DNA of 64,000 nt from an uncultured Bacilli bacterium. Lineage in GTDB: Bacteria; Bacillota_I; Bacilli_A; RF39; UBA660. Position 1 is the first letter of the stretch, and every line of letters begins with the position of its first letter. Location: the NCBI GenBank assembly GCA_947626095.1, contig CANQQV010000001.1, positions 32,001-96,000 of the forward strand, given 5' to 3'. The notes under the pieces are model-generated. The model saw nothing but the letters and a program-made list of their open reading frames with translations, had not been told where the DNA came from and ran no database searches. The position numbers and the translations under genes are program-made. This document shows positions 1 to 10,248 of this stretch, piece after piece.

Positions 1-299
1 GCTATTTTATCATCAATCAACGTCCCATTAGTAAGAATTGAAAAACTATATAAGTCACTATCTTTTTTAAATTCATCTAAAATTTTAAAAAAGAAAGGAC
101 AGCATAAAGGTTCTCCACCAGTTAGATTTATATGTCCTTTCATATTAAGTTTCTTCAAAAGTTCTCTATATTGATTAAGAATTATCAATAATTCTTCATA
201 CTTTAATTGTATAGGTTTATGGTCTTTTTGGTAACAATGTTTACATTTTAAATTACATACTTCACTTAAATGCCACTGCAAAACAAATTTTTTTACCAA
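1..299 (-). CDS. Radical SAM enzyme (probably SPASM/twitch type), N-terminal part only; runs off the window start
   Basis: Manual translation from TTG at 299: MVKKFVLQWHLSEVCNLKCKHCYQ...HINLTGGEPL...FSILTNGTLIDD. It has the CxxxCxxC, GGEP and TNG motifs. The start overlaps the DUF2207 stop, and GGAGG from the upstream Gly codons can act as RBS. Missing from the ORF track. Confidence 0.9.
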   Translation of the reverse strand, partial: MVKKFVLQWHLSEVCNLKCKHCYQKDHKPIQLKYEELLIILNQYRELLKKLNMKGHINLTGGEPLCCPFFFKILDEFKKDSDLYSFSILTNGTLIDDKI

Positions 300-2395
300 G
301 AGCCTCCACCTCCACAAGATGAACAACCTCCACCACAGGAAGAACAACCTCCACCACAAGATGAAGACGATGAAGATGAGGTAGAATGAATTGAATTTGA
401 TAAATTATTAAAAGAATAATAATTATAATAATCAAAATTACCTTTATCGAGTCTAGAAATTGAAATGTTTTTAAATTTACCTATCCAAATTTTAGAACAC
501 CCTAAAACATAGGCATAAGGTAAAATATCATAGAAATATTTAGGATTATCTTTAACTAATTTTTTAACTTGTTCTTCGCTTACTGTTTCTAGATAATTTG
601 CAAATCCATCTATTTCAGCAATTATTTGTTCACCATATTTATTTTTTCTTTTCATTAAAATAATAAAAATAAATATAACAATTAAAGAAATAAATGCTAA
701 TAAGTAAATAAAATTAAACTTAGGATCTAAATCTTCAAAAACACAAAACGCATAACTAAAATAACATACCCCAATAAAGAACATTACACTTACTATAGCC
801 ATATTTATATAAGAAGCAGTATCATTTATTTTATCATCTAATTCTTTTTGCAGATTTTCTATTAATTTGTTAAAGTCCATATGAAGAGTTCTACCTTCTG
901 ATAAGGTAATAACATCACTATTAGCAAATAACTGATTATATATTATTTCTTCATTTGAAGTCATTTCTGGTTTACCGCGAAATGCTTTTTCTTTTATTTG
1001 ATTTGCTTTTTCATCAAGTTCCTCTTGCGTATAATTATTAATAGTATCTGAATTAATTCGAATATATCCTTTTTCAACTAATTGTTTAGTATTAGCATAA
1101 AAATCATCAAAATCTTCATTAATTACACACGAAGTAGAATTACCTTCAAATAAACTATTCATCAATTTTTCATCAGCACTATTATCTGCTTCTTTTAATT
1201 TCGTAATTTTTATTTTTCTATTAATAGCTTTATTAATATCAGTTGAACATAAATTAGTTATTTTTATTTCTTTTTTATCTTCTAACTCATCTATTTCTAT
1301 AAATCCTTTACTTGCTAACTCTATTATAATAGAAATAACTAATCTAATTCCACTATCACTTTTATAAATATAACCAATATCTGCTGAATCATATCCTTCT
1401 GGTGGATAAAACTTAATAGCTTTTTTATCATAACGTTTATTATAATCCTTACCATATATTAACCATTTAATAAAAGCAATTATCGCAAAAATTATTACCA
1501 ACAAACATAACGTTAAAGATAAATAACCATAATTACTCTTAGCCCCTACAAAATATCCTTCAGGTAACTCAATATCAACCGTAAGTGAGTTTTCCAAATC
1601 ATAATCAGATGATAAATTGGCATACAAAGTATTTCCTGAAACATAGTAATCAACATAAGGTGTTATATCCTCACTTCTATATTTATCTGCAAAGAAAGTT
1701 ATTGAATTTTCATCAATAGTTTTTGGCATTGTTATTTCCAAAGAAGCATCATTAATTCTTGTTCCCCAATAATCGCCATATGCATGAAAAATAAATTCAT
1801 CAAATCCTTCAAATGGATCTTCACCCATATCATATTGATAAGTAATAGTATAAGTTTTTAACCCCGTATCTAAAGTTTCATCAGGTGATCCTATTTTAAT
1901 TCTATCTTTGCCATTTACTGTATCAATACTATATTTTTCATCTTCTGCTTTTAAATTTTGAACCTCAGAGATACGTGAAGTAGTATTCCCATCTTTTCCC
2001 GTATATTCCAACAAACCAGGTACAAATTTATATATACCATGATGTCCTGTTTCATAAAAATCAACAGTTATCATTTCTGTAACATCAACTACATTATTTT
2101 CATTTACATTTAATTTAACTTTATATGTTTCTATTGTAAAACCATCAGCAACACTAGAAGAATCTGAAGAATATCTAGAGCTAAGATTTTTTAAATAAGA
2201 TATTCCAGCTATAAATAGAATAATCCAGCCAAATATCATTAAAACTAAACTAAAATTTTTATGCTTTATAATTTTAGACTTTTGTTTTGCTAATAAATGA
2301 GTAAATAACCAAATAATAAATATTGGAACCATTATAAAAAGAGTTAAATATAATACCGCTCTCAAACAACCAGTAATACCATTTAAAATATCCAT
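293..2395 (-). CDS. DUF2207-family membrane protein with Ser/Gly/Cys low-complexity C-terminal tail
   Basis: N-terminal TMs, YKVKLNVNENNVVDVTEMITVDF / HHGIYK beta domain, FYPPEG, ILPYAYVLG, and terminal GGGGSW typical of DUF2207; the tail is S8-CGGGCSSCGGGCSSCGGGGSW. Confidence 0.8.
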   Translation of the reverse strand: MDILNGITGCLRAVLYLTLFIMVPIFIIWLFTHLLAKQKSKIIKHKNFSLVLMIFGWIILFIAGISYLKNLSSRYSSDSSSVADGFTIETYKVKLNVNENNVVDVTEMITVDFYETGHHGIYKFVPGLLEYTGKDGNTTSRISEVQNLKAEDEKYSIDTVNGKDRIKIGSPDETLDTGLKTYTITYQYDMGEDPFEGFDEFIFHAYGDYWGTRINDASLEITMPKTIDENSITFFADKYRSEDITPYVDYYVSGNTLYANLSSDYDLENSLTVDIELPEGYFVGAKSNYGYLSLTLCLLVIIFAIIAFIKWLIYGKDYNKRYDKKAIKFYPPEGYDSADIGYIYKSDSGIRLVISIIIELASKGFIEIDELEDKKEIKITNLCSTDINKAINRKIKITKLKEADNSADEKLMNSLFEGNSTSCVINEDFDDFYANTKQLVEKGYIRINSDTINNYTQEELDEKANQIKEKAFRGKPEMTSNEEIIYNQLFANSDVITLSEGRTLHMDFNKLIENLQKELDDKINDTASYINMAIVSVMFFIGVCYFSYAFCVFEDLDPKFNFIYLLAFISLIVIFIFIILMKRKNKYGEQIIAEIDGFANYLETVSEEQVKKLVKDNPKYFYDILPYAYVLGCSKIWIGKFKNISISRLDKGNFDYYNYYSFNNLSNSIHSTSSSSSSSCGGGCSSCGGGCSSCGGGGSW

Positions 2396-2579
2396 ATTCC
2401 ACCTACAATTAAATTTTAATATCAGTCTTATAACTTTCTCAAACCTTTAATTTACTTTCTAATCTATAATAGGATTATACCACATCCTTCTTTTTCTATC
2501 ATTAAATTAATCCTATTTTTTATTACAACTATCTTTTAACCTTTAAAAAAAAGAACTTTATAAGTTCTTCTAACCTAGT

Positions 2580-3587
2580 TTACTCTAAAATAATTCCATC
2601 AATATAAGAAGATAAATAATTTTCCTCTAATATTAACTTTTTATTATCAATAATAAAATTAGAAACAACTGGAATATTAATATTATCGCCTTTTACTTCA
2701 ATATTTTTTCTATAATAAGTTAATACATTATCATTTATTTCATACGTACCAGTTGAACGTTCAATAGCATAGTAATCACCTTCATCTCTAACGTATACCT
2801 GCATTCTTCCCTCAAATACATTACTATCAACACTTATACCAGGTAAAAATGCAACATGTATTTTTTCATCTTCATTTTCATAGTGAAAAAAAGCTAATAA
2901 TTTGCCTAATTTTTTACCATATTCATTAATCTTTAACATATTACAATAATTCCCATATCTAACATCATAAGTTATTGTATTATATAAGAAATGGTTTTCT
3001 ACTTGATAATCAACTATTGTAATATTAGATTCTTTATCATAGTAATAAGCTGTATTCTTACAAGTGATATGTTCTAATTTATTAACATAATTTTTCATTT
3101 CACTCTTTAAAACGTTACTACCTCTTAAACTCTTAAAAGAATAACTATTCTCATTATATTTCATTAAAAATGAGAACTTAGGTACTCCCAAACTAATCTC
3201 TTCATCACCTTTGTTGTACTCTACTGGTATAACATTATAACCAAAAGGTAAAAGCTTAAATAAAGTAATTAAAACTATCAAAGTAATTGGTATCGCAATA
3301 ATTATATTTCTTCTATTTAACTGCTTCTTTATCTTTACTCTTTCTTCTTCTAATATCTTTTCAATTTTAACATTCCTTTTATTTTCAATTTGCAACAACT
3401 CATAAATATCCGTATCTAATATCTCAGCTAGTTTTTCTAAAATAGCAATATCTGGTAAACAGATTCCTCGTTCCCATTTACTTACTGCTTTATCCGTCAC
3501 AAATAATTTATCTCCTAACTCTTGTTGAGTTAACTTTTTCTTTTTTCTTAGTGTTGCAATATTTAAACCAATCTTTTTTAAATCCAT
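2580..3587 (-). CDS. Membrane-tethered XRE-family HTH regulator with extracellular C-terminal domain
   Basis: LTQQELGDKLFVTDKAVSKWERGICLPD HTH_3 motif, one TM near aa 96-113, then a soluble domain. Confidence 0.85.
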   Translation of the reverse strand: MDLKKIGLNIATLRKKKKLTQQELGDKLFVTDKAVSKWERGICLPDIAILEKLAEILDTDIYELLQIENKRNVKIEKILEEERVKIKKQLNRRNIIIAIPITLIVLITLFKLLPFGYNVIPVEYNKGDEEISLGVPKFSFLMKYNENSYSFKSLRGSNVLKSEMKNYVNKLEHITCKNTAYYYDKESNITIVDYQVENHFLYNTITYDVRYGNYCNMLKINEYGKKLGKLLAFFHYENEDEKIHVAFLPGISVDSNVFEGRMQVYVRDEGDYYAIERSTGTYEINDNVLTYYRKNIEVKGDNINIPVVSNFIIDNKKLILEENYLSSYIDGIILE

Positions 3588-3666
3588 CGCCCTTCACCAC
3601 TTCTAATTATATACCAATTAATCTCTATTTTATCTCGACTTATGGTTTAGTAAATATTTTTCTAAC

Positions 3667-3691
3667 AAAAAAGTACTCACTTGAGTACTTT
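3667..3691 (-). terminator. Intrinsic terminator
   Basis: AAAGTACTCA-CT-TGAGTACTTT hairpin with an A-tract on + (T-tract on -), just after the 3690..6197 stop. Confidence 0.6.
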
Positions 3692-6197
3692 AATATTCTT
3701 TTACTTCATTCTTAGCTATATCATATACATACGTTTTAATATCATCTTCAAAACCATTAGATCCTACTATAAAAGAATAAAATGAATAATATATTTTACC
3801 TTTATAATATAATCTATTATATATATAAGAATAATCTTTAAAACTTATTTTATCTAATACTTTATTATCAAACGAATTATTAATTACTTTAGCATATTCA
3901 TCATATCTAGTAGTTGAATTTTTATTTAAATTACTAGGTAACAATGAACTAATAAAATAAGCAAATACTTCATCATCATACCATTTAGTATCTTTTTCTT
4001 GTTCATATAATTTAATAAGCATATCTATATAATACATTGTTTCTTTATCCGAATTATCATCAATATGAAAACGATCAGTTAATTCATTAAATTTAATAAT
4101 ATCATCATATGTATAACCAGCCTGAGTAAATTTCTTAAATAATGGATATTTACCTTCTCTACCAAAGAATAAGTTTCTAACAAAATCATCTCCATATAAA
4201 TAACTTAACATATTATACATCATAACTTGTTTAGGATATGTTCCACTAACCATATCATTAAGATAAATAGACGAATTATATTCTGCTCCTCCTTCTACTA
4301 AGAAATTAAAATCAAATCCTAATAAAGCTTCTACCTTTTTCTTCTCTGTGCTTGATAATTTTTCATACTCACTTTCTGAAATATAATCACCTAAATACTT
4401 ATAAACCCCAATCGATGTTAAACTACCTTCTCTATTAATACAATCATCAACAAAATGCGTAAATTCATGATTTATAGTCGAATCATTAACTGGTATTAAT
4501 AATTCAATATTTATCTTATCATTATAATATACTCCCGCTGTATTTTCTTCTTTCATTTCATAAACATCTTTAATAATTAATTGTTTTAAACGATATAAGA
4601 AATAATCTTTATCTAAATGTTCTTTATTAGCAATCACTTCTTGATAACCTAACAAAATATTTCTTTTATAATTCCCTATCCCATTACTATTTTCTACTAC
4701 ATACGCATATTGCTTAAAAAATTCTTGATCTATCTTAATTTCTTCTTTAATACTATCTAACTCATATTTGGTAATTATTTTATCAATATCTATCTTATTA
4801 TAATCATCTACTTTTGAATGTAATTTTTCTTGATTTAAATAATTACCATCCCCTAATAAAAAGTAATCTATTTTATATGAATCTTCAGCTACAATAGCTT
4901 TATCAAATAACTGAATATTATTATATACCGGTTCTATTAATACATTATTCCCATATAATAAACCATATAATCTATCTTTTTCTACATAGCAATAAGATCC
5001 ATTACATTCTATATCATCATATTTATCTGTTACTAGTTTAAAAGATTCATCTACTAAATACCCAGTATCATCATCATGACATACATACAAGTTATCTTTA
5101 TAATAAGAAAACCCATTCTGACAAGTATGATCTACTTTTTCATTCTTTTCATTATAAATAGTTAACTCATCAGTATTAGAATCAACATAATATTTACCAA
5201 CCTTTACTCTTTCTTCTATTTCACCATCAACTAAATAATGCATATCATTATTATCATCTATTATATATAAGTTATCATACGCATCATAATAAACAGATAT
5301 AAAACACTTATCACTAAGTAACTTATTATCTTTAGCTAATTTAAAACCTTTATTACAAGCTGTAAAATCAAATTGATACCCTTGATAATTAATTTTATCT
5401 TCATACTTTATTATATCGGAATTTAAATAAAGATATTTATCACTACCTTGATATAATATTCTTCCTAAGTCACTATCTTCATATTTCGTATATTTATTTA
5501 ATTCATCTTTTTCTGTATCAAGATAATAATAATTATTTTTAATTTCTATTTCTACATATTTATTCATTTTATAATAGCTTATTATATCTATAACTTCATT
5601 AGTCTTTAAATTTATTAGCTTTCCCTTAGTATCATCAGTATATATTACATAAGAGCCATATACATTAAATCTAAAAGAAAATACACTAGTATCTACTCCT
5701 TTAAATAAATCTTTATATATTAATTTATTATCTTCATCATATAAACTATTTTCATATACATAATAACTTTTATTATTATGCCAATCATTACTTATCATAA
5801 TAATATTATTAGATGTTCTAACCAGTTCTCCATTAATATTAAATAGTTTATATTCATCATCTATTTTATAACTATATAACTTAATAATATCCTCTGCTGT
5901 AAATTCTATATTTGCTAAATCTTCTTCTTTAATTTCTATTTCAAACTTTTTATTACCTGTTTCTTTATCAAAAGCAATATACTTATTACCATTATTAATA
6001 TAATAATTAATTTGTTTTACTGAATCATAAGTATAACCAACATATTCTTCTTTACTAACAATATTGTGTTTGAAAAATTGTTCACTATTTGTTTTTTCTA
6101 AATTTTGTTCAAAAATTAAAAAACCATCAATACATATTAAAACAACAAATAATAATCCACTGATAATAATAGCTATATCCTTCTTCTTCATTTTCAC
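3690..6197 (-). CDS. Membrane-anchored extracellular protein with beta-repeat region and C-terminal HEXXH zinc-metallopeptidase-like domain
   Basis: N-terminal TM anchor; WG-repeat-like segment (YGLLYGNNVLIEPVY); TINHEFTHF followed by LVEGGAE (gluzincin-like third ligand). Confidence 0.6.
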   Translation of the reverse strand: MKMKKKDIAIIISGLLFVVLICIDGFLIFEQNLEKTNSEQFFKHNIVSKEEYVGYTYDSVKQINYYINNGNKYIAFDKETGNKKFEIEIKEEDLANIEFTAEDIIKLYSYKIDDEYKLFNINGELVRTSNNIIMISNDWHNNKSYYVYENSLYDEDNKLIYKDLFKGVDTSVFSFRFNVYGSYVIYTDDTKGKLINLKTNEVIDIISYYKMNKYVEIEIKNNYYYLDTEKDELNKYTKYEDSDLGRILYQGSDKYLYLNSDIIKYEDKINYQGYQFDFTACNKGFKLAKDNKLLSDKCFISVYYDAYDNLYIIDDNNDMHYLVDGEIEERVKVGKYYVDSNTDELTIYNEKNEKVDHTCQNGFSYYKDNLYVCHDDDTGYLVDESFKLVTDKYDDIECNGSYCYVEKDRLYGLLYGNNVLIEPVYNNIQLFDKAIVAEDSYKIDYFLLGDGNYLNQEKLHSKVDDYNKIDIDKIITKYELDSIKEEIKIDQEFFKQYAYVVENSNGIGNYKRNILLGYQEVIANKEHLDKDYFLYRLKQLIIKDVYEMKEENTAGVYYNDKINIELLIPVNDSTINHEFTHFVDDCINREGSLTSIGVYKYLGDYISESEYEKLSSTEKKKVEALLGFDFNFLVEGGAEYNSSIYLNDMVSGTYPKQVMMYNMLSYLYGDDFVRNLFFGREGKYPLFKKFTQAGYTYDDIIKFNELTDRFHIDDNSDKETMYYIDMLIKLYEQEKDTKWYDDEVFAYFISSLLPSNLNKNSTTRYDEYAKVINNSFDNKVLDKISFKDYSYIYNRLYYKGKIYYSFYSFIVGSNGFEDDIKTYVYDIAKNEVKEY

Positions 6198-6346
6198 ACC
6201 AACTCTTATATAATACGAATATTATAACAAATAAAATACTTCAATACTATTTCTAACTATATTAATTATTAGTTAAATTTTTTTACACCAAAAAACATCT
6301 AATACCATTATCTCTATTTTATATGATATAATGAAAAAGAATATAG

Positions 6347-9187
6347 GTGATGTTTATGAAAAAGAAAAAATATAAATTTTTAATCAACTTAAGTATAATT
6401 GTTACCTTTTTACTATTTATTTCTATTTATACATATAATAGTCTTAATTTAACAATTTCTAACTCTGCTACAACTTCTCCTACACCTATAGCAACTAATT
6501 CATATACAAGAAAAGAATTACAAAATATGGTAGTAGCTACTGCTAAAAGCTTTTATTATAATGGTAAATACTCTGACTATGAACAACATGGTATGGACAA
6601 TAAAGTAAAAGTCCCAAGTAGTGCTGATAGTGCTTTTTCTAGTTTCGCTTGGCGAAATTTAAATATAACACCTGAAGCAGTAAGTAGATCAAACCGATAT
6701 GCTACCGATTGCTCTGGTCTTATCTTTGCGATATATAATTCTACTTTAGGATATGACTTTTATAATTTAATTCAAAATTATATGGTTGAACAAAATAATT
6801 ATATAAAAACTGATGGTAGTCTATCACATGGTAAAACTAGTCATAACAACTATATAGAATCACTTAATTATGGAATTGGCCCATCAACCTTTAATTTTGT
6901 TAATGCTTCTCGTGTCAAAAATTCAGGTGTTAAAACAGATAGCTCAGTAGTTTACTATTATAACTTCTCTTCAACATATTATTATACAGATACTACTAAA
7001 ACTTATACTAAAGAAAAGAAAACGATAGAAACAGTAGAAAATAATATTCACAACACTCTCCAACCAGGAGACATATATGTTTATCGTCGTAAAAATAACA
7101 GTACTGGCGTATATAGTGGTCATGTCGTCATCTATATAGGCAATAATGAATTTGTTCAATCTATCGGCGATGACTATCCAATTAGTACTAGTGGCGTCGT
7201 TTCAGACTACAAAAAAATGGTTGAATCTGGTCCTAACCACGATACTTCAGTTGTTTTAAGTACTTGGGATGCTGATAGTAGCAAAAATTCAAGAGGAATT
7301 AAAAATTTAAGCCTTCATGATAGTACAACAACTCCTACTGAAGTCGTTATTTTAAGACCGATAAATAACTACTGTAATGGTAATAATTGTACTATTAATA
7401 CTTTAAATGAAAATGCTAAAGCTAGAGCTCAACTAAGTGATGTTGCCATTGAACAATGGATGAGTGAACTAACACCAATCTCTAAAATTATAACTCAATA
7501 TAATTCAGTTAATGTTGGTGACAAAGTTGTCTTCTATTTAGAATTTAATAATAAATCTTCTAGTTCTAAAACAATCAGTGAAATAAGTGTTGAAAGACCA
7601 AATAATACAGAATTTTCATCTGCAGCAAGTGGTTATTCAGGCAAAGATAAAATAGTATGGAAAAATATAACTATTCCTGCTAATTCTAAAAAACAAATAT
7701 TCTACGCTGTCAAAATTTCAAAGAATAGTAACATAACTCATCCTGGCTATAAAATAACAGTTAATGGTACTACTTTAAAAATGGCCAGTCTAACAGTCAC
7801 TGTAAATAATACTATTAATAGCACAAGCGATATTAAACAACTTCAAAATATTGAACCATCAATCACCGCCGATGATGAACTAGAGGCAATTAAAAAAATA
7901 TATAAAAACGGCTTAAAAATGGATATAGATGAAATTGGCACTTACAGTGATATCCAAAAAGATGTTTTCACTAAATATCAGAATAATTACTTTACAAAAA
8001 GTACATCAAACGCAAAAACAAATAAAATGGTTGTTCCAGGTTTATATGGTGGTCGTTTATTAAAAGGTGATACAACCAAAGATCGTGTTAAACTATTTAC
8101 TTTATCTTCTTTAGAAGCTGGAGATATCATCATAACATGGAAAGGTGACACAACTGCCGCTTTCATGTATAATGGTCAAAATAGTGAACAAAGATTCCAA
8201 ATAGCTAGATATCTAGCTGATGAAAAAACTGGTCAAGAGAGAATAATGTATTATAACGATAAACAAGATGAAAAAGATAAAAGTAAAATCATTGAAAACG
8301 CTAACCAAATATTTAGAGAAATCTTTTCTAAAGACTTATTTGTTGTTTTAAGACCAAGTCGTGTTGTTAGTCTTCCATCTAAAACAACAACGACAAAACC
8401 TAGTACAGGTAATAACACTACACCTTCAACTGGTAACAATACAAAACCTTCTACTAACAACAATAACAGCAACAATAACAGCAATAATAATAATAATAGT
8501 AGTAACAACAATACTACAAATAATAACAATAATTCTAGTAATCAAGAAAACAATAATTCAGAAAATGAAACTCCAGAAATTGTTAGTGAAAAAATTGAAG
8601 TTCAAGCTAAAAAAGGTTCTAAATTACCAAACTTAGAGACTCCAAAAAGAACAGGTTATTCCTTTGAAGGTTATTATTCAGAAACAAATGGTAATGGCAC
8701 TAAATATTATAATTCTACTGGAACTAGCGATATTATATGGAATCAAAATTCCACAACTGTCTCAATGTATTCCAACTGGACCCCAAACAAATACACCATA
8801 ACTTATGATTCCAATGGCGGTAAAGGTAATACTACAAATTCTAATCACGTCTACGATTCAAAACAAAAATTAAGTAAAAACACCTATAGCAAAGAAGGCT
8901 ATACATTCCTTGGTTGGAGTACAGATAAAAATGCTACAACAGCTGAATTTTTAGATGAAGAAGTAATAGTTAATTTAACAAGTAATCCAAATGACAATGT
9001 TACATTATATGCTGTTTGGATAGACGATAATGACTTACTACCAAATAAAAATTATATTAATGCTGAAGAGAAAAAAGAAACAGTTAAAGATGCTGGTAGA
9101 ACAAGTAAAATAATTATAATTTCTATTTTAATCATTATTACTTTAAGCATTTTAGGTTACTCGCTTACCAAACTTCTTAAAAGATAA
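6347..9187 (+). CDS. Surface protein with NlpC/P60-like domain, Ig-like domain, Asn-rich linker, InlB B-repeats and C-terminal TM
   Basis: ATDCSGLI (catalytic Cys), LQPGDI and GHVVIYIGNNEFV (His); TPKRTGYSFEGYY and YTFLGWST..VTLYAVW B-repeat motifs; C-terminal TM plus KR. Confidence 0.7.
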   Translation: MMFMKKKKYKFLINLSIIVTFLLFISIYTYNSLNLTISNSATTSPTPIATNSYTRKELQNMVVATAKSFYYNGKYSDYEQHGMDNKVKVPSSADSAFSSFAWRNLNITPEAVSRSNRYATDCSGLIFAIYNSTLGYDFYNLIQNYMVEQNNYIKTDGSLSHGKTSHNNYIESLNYGIGPSTFNFVNASRVKNSGVKTDSSVVYYYNFSSTYYYTDTTKTYTKEKKTIETVENNIHNTLQPGDIYVYRRKNNSTGVYSGHVVIYIGNNEFVQSIGDDYPISTSGVVSDYKKMVESGPNHDTSVVLSTWDADSSKNSRGIKNLSLHDSTTTPTEVVILRPINNYCNGNNCTINTLNENAKARAQLSDVAIEQWMSELTPISKIITQYNSVNVGDKVVFYLEFNNKSSSSKTISEISVERPNNTEFSSAASGYSGKDKIVWKNITIPANSKKQIFYAVKISKNSNITHPGYKITVNGTTLKMASLTVTVNNTINSTSDIKQLQNIEPSITADDELEAIKKIYKNGLKMDIDEIGTYSDIQKDVFTKYQNNYFTKSTSNAKTNKMVVPGLYGGRLLKGDTTKDRVKLFTLSSLEAGDIIITWKGDTTAAFMYNGQNSEQRFQIARYLADEKTGQERIMYYNDKQDEKDKSKIIENANQIFREIFSKDLFVVLRPSRVVSLPSKTTTTKPSTGNNTTPSTGNNTKPSTNNNNSNNNSNNNNNSSNNNTTNNNNNSSNQENNNSENETPEIVSEKIEVQAKKGSKLPNLETPKRTGYSFEGYYSETNGNGTKYYNSTGTSDIIWNQNSTTVSMYSNWTPNKYTITYDSNGGKGNTTNSNHVYDSKQKLSKNTYSKEGYTFLGWSTDKNATTAEFLDEEVIVNLTSNPNDNVTLYAVWIDDNDLLPNKNYINAEEKKETVKDAGRTSKIIIISILIIITLSILGYSLTKLLKR

Positions 9188-9209
9188 GAAATCATTCTTA
9201 TCTTTTTTT
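9183..9209 (+). terminator. Intrinsic terminator
   Basis: GATAAGAA-ATCA-TTCTTATC hairpin followed by a T-run. Confidence 0.6.
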
Positions 9210-9264
9210 AATCAAAATTTGGCAAATTTAAAAATCTTTGTTATATTTTTTATAGGGTGATTAG

Positions 9265-10248
9265 ATGGGTGTTATAACAAAAAGACAATTAACAGCTTTA
9301 CTAACTGGCACTTTAATAGCTGCTAATACTTTTTCTATGTCTACTCACTACTCTAATCTACATCTTAAAAACGCTTACCAATTAACTTCAACAACTGTAT
9401 ATGCTTCATCATATGATTATGCAAACTATCAAGATTTAATGACTGAAACTAACATTCAAGTTCCAATCTATAATGCCATGGTTCCTCAAGGTTTAACCAA
9501 AGTAAACGACAACTTTCTAATGAGTTCATATGATTATAGCAAAACAAGTCCATCAACTATCTATATATATGATAATAATGGCAATCTAGTAAATGAATGT
9601 CCTTTAGATAATAAATCTCATGTTGGTGGTATTTCATACGATCAAAAAAATGATTTAATATGGGTTGCAAGTAGTAGCGGCTATATTAATTCCTATCCAT
9701 GTTCTTCTATCTTCAATTCTTCACAAGAGACTAAATACCAAAATACTTTTAATGTTGGTGAAGGATGTAAAAATTATATTTATCCATGGAAAAATGCCAT
9801 ATCATATTTATCTGTTGATAACAATTATCTATACGTAGGTAGTTTCTCTTTATATAAAAATGGCTTAGTAAAAAAATATTTGATCGAAAACAAAGATGGT
9901 GATATTAATTTATCTTTAGTTAATACTTTTAAAGTTCCAACTAAAGTTCAAGGTTTAACTATCTATCATAAAAATGACCAAGACTACTTAATCCTTAGTC
10001 GATCTTTTGGTGAAAATAATCCATCTATTCTACAAATATATAAATATCAGGAAGACATAGATGATTATACTAATCCTCAAATAAAGAGCGTATGCTATAA
10101 AACAGATGCAATGATGGAACAAATAATTATCGATAACGACTATCTATATGCTGTATTTGAATCATCAGCTTATCCATATCGTTATAGTCCATCAAGCGCT
10201 GATCATCTTCAAAAAACCGATATGTCTTTAGTCTTACTACCTAAATAA
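9265..10248 (+). CDS. Secreted beta-propeller-like protein of unknown function
   Basis: Signal peptide; repeated blade motifs VPQGLT, SHVGGISYD, KVQGLTI; overlaps the LSR1 stop by 12 bp (convergent). Confidence 0.55.
   Translation: MGVITKRQLTALLTGTLIAANTFSMSTHYSNLHLKNAYQLTSTTVYASSYDYANYQDLMTETNIQVPIYNAMVPQGLTKVNDNFLMSSYDYSKTSPSTIYIYDNNGNLVNECPLDNKSHVGGISYDQKNDLIWVASSSGYINSYPCSSIFNSSQETKYQNTFNVGEGCKNYIYPWKNAISYLSVDNNYLYVGSFSLYKNGLVKKYLIENKDGDINLSLVNTFKVPTKVQGLTIYHKNDQDYLILSRSFGENNPSILQIYKYQEDIDDYTNPQIKSVCYKTDAMMEQIIIDNDYLYAVFESSAYPYRYSPSSADHLQKTDMSLVLLPK

Noticed and set aside
8380-8560. AAT/AAC-rich tracts (also about 13090-13400 and 58620-58680) as contingency microsatellites
   Set aside because: Imperfect triplet repeats that encode Asn/Ser/Asp linkers in frame; they cannot cause frameshift phase variation
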